This document shows, in pieces, positions 1 through 8,073 of a stretch of DNA of 36,730 nucleotides. The notes beneath the pieces are model-generated. The model was not told the DNA's origin, searched no databases, and saw only the letters and a program-made list of their open reading frames with translations. The stretch is from an uncultured Gammaproteobacteria bacterium. Its GTDB lineage: Bacteria > Patescibacteriota > Microgenomatia > Levybacterales > UBA12049. Position 1 is the stretch's first letter, and every line of letters starts with the position of its first letter. Position numbers and translations under genes: made by a program. Location: contig CAYILI010000003.1 of assembly GCA_964364105.1 (NCBI GenBank), positions 1 to 36,730 of the forward strand, read 5' to 3'.

Positions 1-371
1 AAGTCACACTTTATACAAAATCCATAATTGACGATCTTAATTAAAAGCATTGCTTTACAAAAGTAATGCTTGTGACTAATACCAAAATCACAGTTGATGC
101 ACTGGCTTATGCCGATTGCCAGGAGGTTAAAGTTTTAAGCTGGGAACATCCGGAAGGGGAAAGTCTTAGAGAAAAAGTAGAAAAATATAAACTTTACCCT
201 ATAACTTCTTTATCTTTTCTTTCTATGCCTCAAAAACAGGAACTTTTAGCAAAAAACATAGTTTTAGTAAAAAGTATTTGTGAAAATCCAGAAATAATAA
301 ATCAAATCTCAATTCCTATTAACAAACGCGAAGAAATACTTGATGAAGCCAAAAGAGTCTGCACACTCTAG
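1..371 (+). CDS. C-terminal part of a restriction-endonuclease-like protein (Mrr-like/ATP-cone-associated type), 5' truncated by the window edge
   Basis: Frame 3 reads VTLYTKSIIDDLN*KHCFTKVMLVTNTK...DALAYA.C...LSW..P...LYPIT, a pattern I recall from this family. An in-frame TAA at 42-44 is either a sequence error or pseudogenisation. Confidence 0.55.
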
Positions 372-1345
372 GCAATTATTTTGGAATTATTATAAGTTTG
401 CGTATATAAAATTGGCTTGTCAAAGCTCACAACCTCTGGAATCGATAATTCAGCGAAAGTAAATTCTTTTGGTTTTTTATTTTCATCTATTACAGTAGAC
501 GTGTATCCTGCCCTATAGTTAATAGCTCGTTCTATTGATAAGCCATTAAAAAGTTGTAATTGAAAATAAGAACATGCTCCTTCCATAGTCTTTCCAGACA
601 CAGAATCTTCTTCAAATACAATAATCCTTCTTGCTTGGGTCATTTCTCTTAATTGGGCGATTTCTGAAATGGTCAACTGAGGTTTTTCATCTTCCTTCTT
701 GTGTCTAGAAAAACGAACAACATAGAAAGCTGAATCACTTTGGGTAATGTCTTGGTAGCGTAGGAATACGTCCATTCCTGCAGCCGTTCCCCCATGCCCT
801 AAAGCTATAAGCAAAATATTGTCACCATCATATCCATATGCCAACCTCTTTGCTGTTTCATAAGACTTTTCTGGATCTGTACCAACCCAAGTAGGTAAGT
901 CGTCTTTTTGCTCTACAATCGTAGTTAATAATTGTGGCTGTTCTAATTCTATTCTGCCTCGAAAAGCTTGTAAAAGTTCAGGCGCATTTGGATCCCCAGC
1001 ATAAATTGCTAGTCCTGTCTGCACAACCTGACTAACTAAATCTTCCACTTCATCAAATGGATTTTCAATTTTCCAATCAATTACTGCTCTGATAAGTCGC
1101 GGGGGATGAAGTGCAATAGAAAAAAAATCTCGGTCTTGGTCTGGACCTACCAATGCGTCCTCAAGATTATTAATTACAGAAGCAACTGTGCCTCGATACG
1201 CAGCTATTTCCGACATGTCTTGCCACTTTATGTGAGGAAATCTCTGTTTAAAAGCTTCAAAAGGAGATACGTAAACATCAGGTCGTTTATCTCTTGCCTC
1301 TATGGCATTATAAACAGCATCAACTCTATCTAGCTCGGGAATCAT
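368..1345 (-). CDS. Hypothetical protein with C-terminal type I phosphoribosyltransferase-like domain
   Basis: 325-aa ORF. IIVFEEDSVSGKTM resembles the PRPP-binding loop (hhhhDDhhxTGxT); LIALGHGG resembles the upstream PRTase loop. Confidence 0.55.
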   Translation of the reverse strand: MIPELDRVDAVYNAIEARDKRPDVYVSPFEAFKQRFPHIKWQDMSEIAAYRGTVASVINNLEDALVGPDQDRDFFSIALHPPRLIRAVIDWKIENPFDEVEDLVSQVVQTGLAIYAGDPNAPELLQAFRGRIELEQPQLLTTIVEQKDDLPTWVGTDPEKSYETAKRLAYGYDGDNILLIALGHGGTAAGMDVFLRYQDITQSDSAFYVVRFSRHKKEDEKPQLTISEIAQLREMTQARRIIVFEEDSVSGKTMEGACSYFQLQLFNGLSIERAINYRAGYTSTVIDENKKPKEFTFAELSIPEVVSFDKPILYTQTYNNSKIIA

Positions 1346-1393
1346 GGAATAATTTTATCAAAAAAAAGAAATAATTACAACTATAGGACTATA

Positions 1394-2656
1394 TTAGGCA
1401 TTGACCAATTTGTGTCTTTCAAGCTTATCTGCCATAAAACCATTTGGTACAGTTTTTAAATTAGGACCATTTGTTAAAAATCCGTTTCTGATAGTATGAT
1501 CTCCGAACCGTTCGTTCAATGTATCAATCGTAGATTGGATCTTAGAAGTTTTTGCTTTAGTGTCAAACAAAGAAAGAGTAAGATTTACGGAGTCCTCCAG
1601 ATTCCCTGCCCAAACAGAAATTTGTCTTACCATAGAAGGATTCCATTCATCATATAAATTTTTACAAAGGTTATAAATATCAGAGCCCTTATCTATGTGG
1701 TAACTAAGAGTTCTTCTTCCGTGATTAGTTTGATTTCCGCTTAAATACAAACCAATAGTCCGTGCTTTTTTATTAAGACGTCTTAACTTTATCCCAATTT
1801 CCTCACAAAGCTCATAAATATTCTGAAGAATTATCCTCTGATCATACTCATTTCTTGGCATACAGTAATTTCTGCCCACTGATTTTGTTTCCGATGCTAA
1901 ATAATAGGGAATTACCTCAGAATCATCTACGCCTAATCCCAAATTTTTAAGAAAATGTCCCTCAACATCCTTAAATTCTTCTATTAATGTGTCAAGCGAG
2001 GCTGCGCGAAGCTGAAGGGGGGTAGTAATTCCTATTTTTCGAAGCCTAATCTCTGTTCTTTCTCCAATTCCGCAAAAATCAGTAAGCTTTACTTGAGAAT
2101 AGACTCTTTCAACATTCCCAAAGCTAACTTCAACAAAACCCCGCCTGCCAAAGCCTGGCACTGGCGGGCAGGCGTTTGGTTTATTCATACCTGAGGCAAG
2201 TTTGGCGAGTAATTTATTGTGAGATAATCCAACTGAAACAGTAATATATTCGCCAATTTCTTCTTTTATTCTCTTTTTTATTAGATCGATAATTCTATAG
2301 CGGCTGCCAAATAAATGCTCGGTCGGGGAGATATCTATAAAAACCTCATCGAGTGAAAATAATTCAACATAAGGAGAATAGTCTTTACAAATATTTAAAA
2401 ATATTTGAGTAACTTCCCAGTATTTTTCAAAATGTGCGGGAACAACCATGATTTGCGGACAAATTTTTTGCGCCTCCCAAACTCTGGTTACGTTCTTAAC
2501 GCCAAACTTCTTAGCTTCACGACTCGCTGCAATTATGCAAGTCCTGCCATTTGTGGCAGTTACTCCAATTGGCTTACCCCGAAACGAAGGATCGAACTGC
2601 TGTTCGCATGAAGCAAAAAAAGAATCGAAGTCTATATGAAGAATCGTTCGTATCAT
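1394..2656 (-). CDS. dinB: Y-family DNA polymerase IV
   Basis: Motifs ILHIDFDSFFASCE, AASREAKKFGV, SLDEVFID, SVGLSHNKLLAKLAS..KPN and GIGERT, plus a C-terminal ID.LN.RFG tail. Confidence 0.95.
   Translation of the reverse strand: MIRTILHIDFDSFFASCEQQFDPSFRGKPIGVTATNGRTCIIAASREAKKFGVKNVTRVWEAQKICPQIMVVPAHFEKYWEVTQIFLNICKDYSPYVELFSLDEVFIDISPTEHLFGSRYRIIDLIKKRIKEEIGEYITVSVGLSHNKLLAKLASGMNKPNACPPVPGFGRRGFVEVSFGNVERVYSQVKLTDFCGIGERTEIRLRKIGITTPLQLRAASLDTLIEEFKDVEGHFLKNLGLGVDDSEVIPYYLASETKSVGRNYCMPRNEYDQRIILQNIYELCEEIGIKLRRLNKKARTIGLYLSGNQTNHGRRTLSYHIDKGSDIYNLCKNLYDEWNPSMVRQISVWAGNLEDSVNLTLSLFDTKAKTSKIQSTIDTLNERFGDHTIRNGFLTNGPNLKTVPNGFMADKLERHKLVNA
2140..2172. repeat. 33-bp GC-rich REP-like palindrome inserted in frame in dinB
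   Basis: CCCGCCTGCCA-N11-TGGCGGGCAGG. Removing it restores the conserved KPNG motif. Confidence 0.75.
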
Positions 2657-2762
2657 AATTTAATTTTAAATTTTTAGTTTTCAATTTTCATTGAATTTTC
2701 AATTATTTAATTTTTAAACATTTAGATTTCATTTCAAATTTTAAATTTCGAATTGAAAATTT
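2657..2762. repeat. AT-rich degenerate heptamer (AATTTTC/AATTTTA) repeat tract with inverted ends
   Basis: Repeated aattttaaa/ttttcaattttca/aattttcaatt units, ending in the complementary aattgaaaattt. Confidence 0.6.
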
Positions 2763-2844
2763 ATATTAGAATCCAGAAAGCATACATTTTAATAACTTTT
2801 TTAAAAGCTTTTAGAGGATTTAACTTGGACAGAAAGTCGAACAT
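2761..2844 (-). CDS. Possible 27-aa small protein upstream of dinB (MFDFLSKLNPLKAFKKVIKMYAFWILI)
   Basis: ATG at 2844, TAA at 2761-2763. A TTGTTT-17-TATATT promoter-like sequence lies just upstream on the minus strand. Confidence 0.3.
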   Translation of the reverse strand: MFDFLSKLNPLKAFKKVIKMYAFWILI

Positions 2845-2882
2845 ATTTATAAATATACGTGAATTTTATACGCAAAACAATA

Positions 2883-2897
2883 GAACAAAACTAGAAC
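2883..2897. promoter_or_regulatory. Candidate LexA/SOS-type box GAAC-N7-GAAC upstream of dinB
   Basis: GAAC-AAAACTA-GAAC (GTTC-N7-GTTC on the minus strand), adjacent to the putative -35. Confidence 0.35.
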
Positions 2898-2999
2898 ATA
2901 AATATTCAAACGCTCTCAATTTTAGTAACACTTGACAGAATTTTTAGTATATGTCTAACTAAATATATAGAGATAAATTATAGAGGGGAGGTGAATTAT

Positions 3000-3230
3000 A
3001 TGAGCAAAGATACAATGAAATGGGTTGAATTAGTTGCAACACTCTTAGTGGTAGTTGGAGCTGTCAACTGGGGGCTAGTAGGGCTCGGTGGATTTATGGG
3101 CGCTAACTGGAACTTGGTAAATATGGTGCTCGGATCCTGGCCACAAGTTGAATGGCTAGTATACGTATTAGTAGGAGTAGCTGGTATTTGGCTATTCTAC
3201 GATTGGTGGATGAAAATGTCGAAAAAGTAA
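3000..3230 (+). CDS. DUF378 family small membrane protein
   Basis: Signature LVVVGAVNWGLVG...NLV......VYVLVGVAG. RBS GGAGGTG favours ATG 3000 over the GTG at 2991. Confidence 0.9.
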   Translation: MSKDTMKWVELVATLLVVVGAVNWGLVGLGGFMGANWNLVNMVLGSWPQVEWLVYVLVGVAGIWLFYDWWMKMSKK

Positions 3231-3233
3231 ATC

Positions 3234-3410
3234 CAGTACTTTTTCTACGGAGCGTTAAACCAACGTAGAAAAATGAAAAACGGCACATGCAAAACAAGTT
3301 TAGAGGTATTAAAAGTGCCGGATAAACCAATCGACTACTGAAAAGTATTTATTAACCTCACTCGTTTTGGCGGCTAGTTAAGATATATATAGTCGGAATG
3401 GGTGAGGTTA
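3234..3410 (+). ncRNA. Candidate structured RNA / structured 3' UTR
   Basis: Stems TTTTTCTACG/CGTAGAAAAA, CGGCAC/GTGCCG and closing CAGTA/TACTG, then a long G-U-containing hairpin AACCTCACTCGTTTT/GGAATGGGTGAGGTT. Confidence 0.3.
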
Positions 3411-3425
3411 TAATTTTATTTAAAA

Positions 3426-3581
3426 CTAAACAGAAACTCCGAAATATCCAAGAACTCTATTAAAAATAAATCTTGGCCCCTGATAAAGAACAGTAAAAAG
3501 AATTAAAAGGCCAATTAGACCTACTAAAAATAAAGCGACCTCAAACATTTTTTCCCGCATTTCAGTTGATATTTTTGCCAT
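3426..3581 (-). CDS. Small membrane protein
   Basis: One hydrophobic helix. ATG 3581 follows a TGTTACAAT extended -10 on the minus strand. Confidence 0.55.
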   Translation of the reverse strand: MAKISTEMREKMFEVALFLVGLIGLLILFTVLYQGPRFIFNRVLGYFGVSV

Positions 3582-3640
3582 AAAGCTATTGTAACACCAA
3601 AAAATTGCTTGTAACAACTATTTTTTGTTACAATTTTTAT

Positions 3641-4516
3641 ATGCAGTCTCCTAATTATCAGTTTCTAAAAGATAAGTGGACTAAAAGACATAAAGAACTA
3701 CAAGAGGCAATAGCTCAAAAACATTCAGATTCATTTCGATGGCTTTCAGATAACACAAAGCAGCTAGCGGTTGGATCCTTAGGAAGTCTTGTTCTATTAA
3801 CTTCTCCTATCCAAAAAGATTCCATGAATACGAAAGTAAAAGTAGCGGGTCTAGAAGCGCAAAAAATTAATACCAATGTATTTCTCATAACAGATCTCTC
3901 TAAATCTCTGCCTGATTTAGTTAGACCTCTTACCGGTAGCGAGGAAGCAGCTGCGAGCGCAATTCTCTCAAAAAACTTCGGAATGACTGTAACACCTGAA
4001 ATTAACGGCTTAAGACTAAACAGAAGTTACGGACTTATCGGGTCTGAACAGCATTTAGCAAGATATCCGGGAGACAATATGAGCACACATTTTGATGGAA
4101 ATAGTGAAGACGCAGAAAAATATCATTCATCTGGAATGGCACCAGGCCTTGGCGCTTGGGGATATTTCACCACTTCCAGGTCTCAAATGACAGAGGAAGA
4201 CACCCTGCGTGAGAAATACTATATAGCAGTTCAGACCTTTCTGGCTCCAGATTTTAATAGTAGAGTTTCTGAATACAGAGACTTTTTCAAATACAGAAAA
4301 ATGCTTGTAGTAAATCCAGAAAACGGTAAAGCAGTAGTCGCTGTAATTGGAGACGCTGGGCCCGCTGAGTGGACAGGAAAACACCTTGGGGGAAGCCCTG
4401 AAGTGATGAAGCACCTAGAAAGAGTAGATGGCGCAGCAAAAGGACCAGTTCTATATTTTTTCATAGAAGATCCTAACGACGCTATTCCATTAGGACCAGT
4501 AAAAGCTTTACAATAA
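3641..4516 (+). CDS. Hypothetical exported protein, possible C-terminal RlpA-like double-psi beta-barrel
   Basis: V.NP.NGKAVVAVIGDAGP resembles the RlpA/DPBB pattern V.N..NG.SV.V.I.DRGP. Start at ATG 3641 after TGTTACAAT. Confidence 0.55.
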   Translation: MQSPNYQFLKDKWTKRHKELQEAIAQKHSDSFRWLSDNTKQLAVGSLGSLVLLTSPIQKDSMNTKVKVAGLEAQKINTNVFLITDLSKSLPDLVRPLTGSEEAAASAILSKNFGMTVTPEINGLRLNRSYGLIGSEQHLARYPGDNMSTHFDGNSEDAEKYHSSGMAPGLGAWGYFTTSRSQMTEEDTLREKYYIAVQTFLAPDFNSRVSEYRDFFKYRKMLVVNPENGKAVVAVIGDAGPAEWTGKHLGGSPEVMKHLERVDGAAKGPVLYFFIEDPNDAIPLGPVKALQ

Positions 4517-4524
4517 TATTATGA

Positions 4525-4638
4525 ATCCCGTTAAAAGCCGCGATCGTATGGGCCTTAACGAGACAACTTAAAATATGAATACAAAAATAAATACAAAAAG
4601 GAGGACTAAGTAGATCGCGATCTGCTTCTAAACGGGAT
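4525..4638. mobile_element. MITE-like palindromic insertion with ATCCCGTT...AACGGGAT termini
   Basis: Terminal inverted repeats, internal CGCGATC/GATCGCG pairing, and ATGAA at both ends (4521-4525, 4637-4641). The right end supplies the start codon of the next gene. Confidence 0.5.
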
Positions 4639-4975
4639 GAAAAATCATTTTTATACCCACGTTATAGAAACCTCATCAATCAGCCTTGCTTTAGCTGAAA
4701 TGGAGCTAACTCAGAAAGAGCGAAAACATTTAATAGATCTTGCTCAGGAAAATCTACATCACGCAATTTTAGATTCGGTTTTATCAGAACTTTCCGATAA
4801 AGATAAGCAGGAATTTTTACTACTTCTTGCTCAGGACGATCATAAAAAAATCTGGAAACTTCTAACAGAGCGGGTTGACCACATAGAAGATAAAATTAAA
4901 AAAACCGCTGAAGACTTGAAAAAAGAACTTCACAAAGACATAGAGGAGTCGCATAAAAAATCTTCCAAAAAGTGA
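4637..4975 (+). CDS. Hypothetical helical protein
   Basis: 112-aa ORF that overlaps the next gene (GTGA), consistent with an operon. Confidence 0.7.
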   Translation: MKNHFYTHVIETSSISLALAEMELTQKERKHLIDLAQENLHHAILDSVLSELSDKDKQEFLLLLAQDDHKKIWKLLTERVDHIEDKIKKTAEDLKKELHKDIEESHKKSSKK

Positions 4976-6153
4976 TAAATAAATTTAAATTAAGTTTTGC
5001 TAAATCTGGTTTGACCGTTGGAAAACTTATCCCAATACTTGCTGGTGTTTTAATATTAACTAGTATTGGATTCTTAGCTTACTACAAACAATCGACGAAT
5101 CTAAACAAAGAACTTAAACTAACTAATGAAAAGGCTCAGGCTGAACTTAACAAATTAAAATCCGAAGATCAATTTAAGAAAAATAAAGATCTTGAAGCTA
5201 CCATCGCGAGTATTGAGAAAACATACGCTCAAGCCGTAACTCTTTATGAAAAAATAATTGATGCAAAAGACGCTAAGAGAAATGTAGTGGAATATGAAAA
5301 GACATTTGCCGCAAATCTAAACCTATTATCTAAAAGAAACTATGCTTCAGCAGGGGCGCAGTTTACTAAGCTAAGTACTAAAATAGATCAAGATGCTCCC
5401 AAACCTTTGGCATCAAGCGCGGTGGGAAACACGGCCAATGTAGCAATTAACAATACGGCACCAGGCTCAGGATTTAGTAGACAAAAGGTTAAAACAGATT
5501 TTGGAGAATTTATAGTAGACATTGTAGCTGCTGACATGAATTCTACCCGAGTTATTGTGGATACTGCTTCGGACGGAGACTGCAGAGATAATTGCCCGGT
5601 TTTGGCTTTAGGAGATTATGTAGGCAGAAGTGGTGCGTTTGCAGGAATTAATGGATCTTATTTTTGTCCGGCAAGCTATCCATCATGTGCTGGAAAAACC
5701 AATTCATTTGATACACTTCTTATGAATAAAAATAAGAAATATTTTAATTCTGATAATAATGTCTATTCTAATGTTCCGGTAGTAATATTTTCAGGAAATT
5801 CTGCTAGATTTATAGGAGCTAGTTCTGAGTGGGGAAGAGATACTGGCGTAGATGGAGTCTTAGCTAACCAACCGCTTTTAGTCTCAGGCGGGAACGTAGT
5901 TTTTGGAGGAGATGATGAAGTTAAAAGAACTGGATCTGGAAGCAGAAGTTTTGTTGGCTCTACTGGTTCAACTGCTTACATAGGAGTTGTTCACGGCGTA
6001 AATGCAGCACAAATGGCCAGAGTACTTTACGCTATGGGCATCCAGAACGCTTTAAACTTAGACTCTGGTGGATCAACTGCTCTTTGGAGCGGAGGTTATC
6101 GTGTAGGCCCTGGCCGCGCAATCCCAAACGCAATCTTATTCATTAGAAAATAG
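4972..6153 (+). CDS. Membrane-anchored phosphodiester glycosidase (NAGPA) family protein
   Basis: N-terminal TM and coiled coil, then the motifs AGINGSYF, RSFVG, ALNLDSGGSTAL and R.IPNAI. Confidence 0.8.
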   Translation: MINKFKLSFAKSGLTVGKLIPILAGVLILTSIGFLAYYKQSTNLNKELKLTNEKAQAELNKLKSEDQFKKNKDLEATIASIEKTYAQAVTLYEKIIDAKDAKRNVVEYEKTFAANLNLLSKRNYASAGAQFTKLSTKIDQDAPKPLASSAVGNTANVAINNTAPGSGFSRQKVKTDFGEFIVDIVAADMNSTRVIVDTASDGDCRDNCPVLALGDYVGRSGAFAGINGSYFCPASYPSCAGKTNSFDTLLMNKNKKYFNSDNNVYSNVPVVIFSGNSARFIGASSEWGRDTGVDGVLANQPLLVSGGNVVFGGDDEVKRTGSGSRSFVGSTGSTAYIGVVHGVNAAQMARVLYAMGIQNALNLDSGGSTALWSGGYRVGPGRAIPNAILFIRK

Positions 6154-6213
6154 TTTTCAGAAAAAACAGCTTGAGCAAAAAACCACTTCCAGAATCACAT
6201 GTCTTACCCTATT

Positions 6214-6244
6214 TAGCCACACAAGGTCGGACCTTGCGTGGCTA
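6214..6244. repeat. REP-like palindrome copy 1 (TAGCCACACAAGGTCGGACCTTGCGTGGCTA)
   Basis: 31-bp near-perfect hairpin, identical to 7204-7234. Confidence 0.9.
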
Positions 6245-6301
6245 ACTTACTGGTAGCTTACTTGTGATATTCTAGGTAATACAAACACGTAGACAGAGGA
6301 G

Positions 6302-7120
6302 CTAAAAATCATGATATGACAGTCCTGGTTCATCAGATTTTACGTTCATAAAATTCAAACGGCCAAGCGGATCCACCTCTACGCGATCCCATGCTTTTCC
6401 ATACTGATCAAATATTCCTGTCGTCCTACTTGGAGGATGAATTCCACCGGAAATTCCATTTCCGTACCTAAAAAATCTTCTAATTGGATTCTGTATAGCA
6501 TCAACTAGACTTGGCATAATTTCATCATTATTCCTTATAAAAGCATCTGTTCCAATTGCGCTTGGGACACCAGATCCATATGTAGATATTTCTGTTGGCC
6601 CTACGGCTATCGAAACAAGATAGAAATCTTCACTATATCCTGAACCAGATTCTGATGAATTAAATAATTTTCTGAGTTTATCTAATTTCCCTGCTCCGGG
6701 ATTGTTTGGTTGGAGTGTTTCGCGAAATGAGGAACCAAAATGATTGCCCCAAAAAAGCTGTATTAAATCAAACACTTCAACTTCTCCAGAAGTCGTTTGT
6801 TTCCATTTTAAATCTGAAGATACACCGCTAAATCTGGTCGCCTGTATGACTGGGTCATGATCTTTTATTGCCATTAATAAATCAGTCAAATCAGATCTAA
6901 CAGGTGGAATTTCTCTTGTTTTTTCTGCAACTAGTCTCATTACCCGTAATCTTTCCTGATATTCTCTCTCGAGCTTCAGATTTCTAGCTTGTCTTTCTGC
7001 AGCAAGCTCAGCATACTGCGCTTCGCGAAGCCTTCTAAGTTTACCTAATTCTTCTGCGGCTTTTTGCGCAGCTAGAGCTTCCTGGGCGGATTTAAAACGT
7101 TCGTAAATATCCTTAGACAT
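6302..7120 (-). CDS. Hypothetical protein with N-terminal coiled coil
   Basis: 272-aa ORF with no recognised motif, flanked by identical palindromes. Confidence 0.7.
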   Translation of the reverse strand: MSKDIYERFKSAQEALAAQKAAEELGKLRRLREAQYAELAAERQARNLKLEREYQERLRVMRLVAEKTREIPPVRSDLTDLLMAIKDHDPVIQATRFSGVSSDLKWKQTTSGEVEVFDLIQLFWGNHFGSSFRETLQPNNPGAGKLDKLRKLFNSSESGSGYSEDFYLVSIAVGPTEISTYGSGVPSAIGTDAFIRNNDEIMPSLVDAIQNPIRRFFRYGNGISGGIHPPSRTTGIFDQYGKAWDRVEVDPLGRLNFMNVKSDEPGLSYHDF

Positions 7121-7203
7121 ATATTAAGCCCAAAGTATATTCTTACTCAAAAGAAAAATCAAATTTTCAGTTTAAATTCAGTAAAATGATCTAACTTCTA
7201 AAC

Positions 7204-7234
7204 TAGCCACACAAGGTCGGACCTTGCGTGGCTA
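7204..7234. repeat. REP-like palindrome copy 2
   Basis: Identical to 6214-6244, same orientation, 990 bp apart. Confidence 0.9.
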
Positions 7235-7274
7235 GAGCCTTAAATTTCCACGTAAACAAACTTTGCCGGTGGAC

Positions 7275-7303
7275 TGGACAAAATAGCCTCTAAATTATAT
7301 AAT
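7275..7303 (+). promoter_or_regulatory. Sigma70-type promoter
   Basis: TGGACA-17-TATAAT, with ATG 7 nt downstream. Confidence 0.55.
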
Positions 7304-7310
7304 CGCGTGA

Positions 7311-8042
7311 ATGTTAAGAGGAATAGATACAGCAATATTAGCCGGAGCGATAACCTTTTCAGGAATTGGAAGCACTCCACAGCCAGCAAGAATCAGTGAA
7401 AATCCAATTAAACCTAGAATAGAAACAGTTACAAGTATGGCTTCGCCTGCAAAGACTGAAACTCCCGAACCAACCTTTAATCAAGAAGCTTATACTCCTA
7501 ACGAGGAAGATGCGACATTTATTAGTGACATTTCTAAATTTCTTTTAGAAACGGCTTCAAACCCGGTGTTTTACCAAGAAATGATTGACAGATACTATGG
7601 AGATTTTGATACTTATTTTGATATCTATAAAGCTCCTAATGAATTCGGTTTTCAATATAACCCGTTTGGAAAAGAAAATCCTGTGATGATTAACTTTTAT
7701 GCTCGGGGGTACAATGATACAGATATCGACGGCGGGGAGCTTACCCATACTATAAACACTCTTTACTTAAAAGTGGGCGATGACGGAACTATATTTACGC
7801 CTAGAGAGGACGTGGATTCATTCCCCCTAGAGTATTTACCGGAAATCGTGGAAGATAATTTTATAACTCTCGGGATGGAAGGACTAGAATGGCAAGCTAA
7901 TACTACTGATCCAATGAGGCAAATAATTTTTAAGGAAATAATTACTCCAATAACTTCATACAGTATCGCAGGTGATACGCTGGGAAATTTATTTCTAAAC
8001 ACCGAGAGCACTCTTCCCGCATCAATTGACCAACAACAGTAA
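7311..8042 (+). CDS. Hypothetical secreted acidic protein
   Basis: 243 aa with an N-terminal hydrophobic stretch and a Pro/Thr-rich linker. Confidence 0.7.
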   Translation: MLRGIDTAILAGAITFSGIGSTPQPARISENPIKPRIETVTSMASPAKTETPEPTFNQEAYTPNEEDATFISDISKFLLETASNPVFYQEMIDRYYGDFDTYFDIYKAPNEFGFQYNPFGKENPVMINFYARGYNDTDIDGGELTHTINTLYLKVGDDGTIFTPREDVDSFPLEYLPEIVEDNFITLGMEGLEWQANTTDPMRQIIFKEIITPITSYSIAGDTLGNLFLNTESTLPASIDQQQ

Positions 8043-8073
8043 CTTACTCTCAGTGTGATATACTCTATCCTTA

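Noticed and set aside
42-44. In-frame TAA in the first gene as stop-codon recoding
   Set aside because: TAA is a normal stop throughout the window. Neighbouring codons also look corrupted, so an edge sequence error or pseudogene is more likely.
3588-3633. TTGTAACA/TGTTACAA inverted repeats as an operator
   Set aside because: The outer copies are explained as extended -10 elements (TGTTACAAT) of the two divergent genes, and no regulator is nearby.
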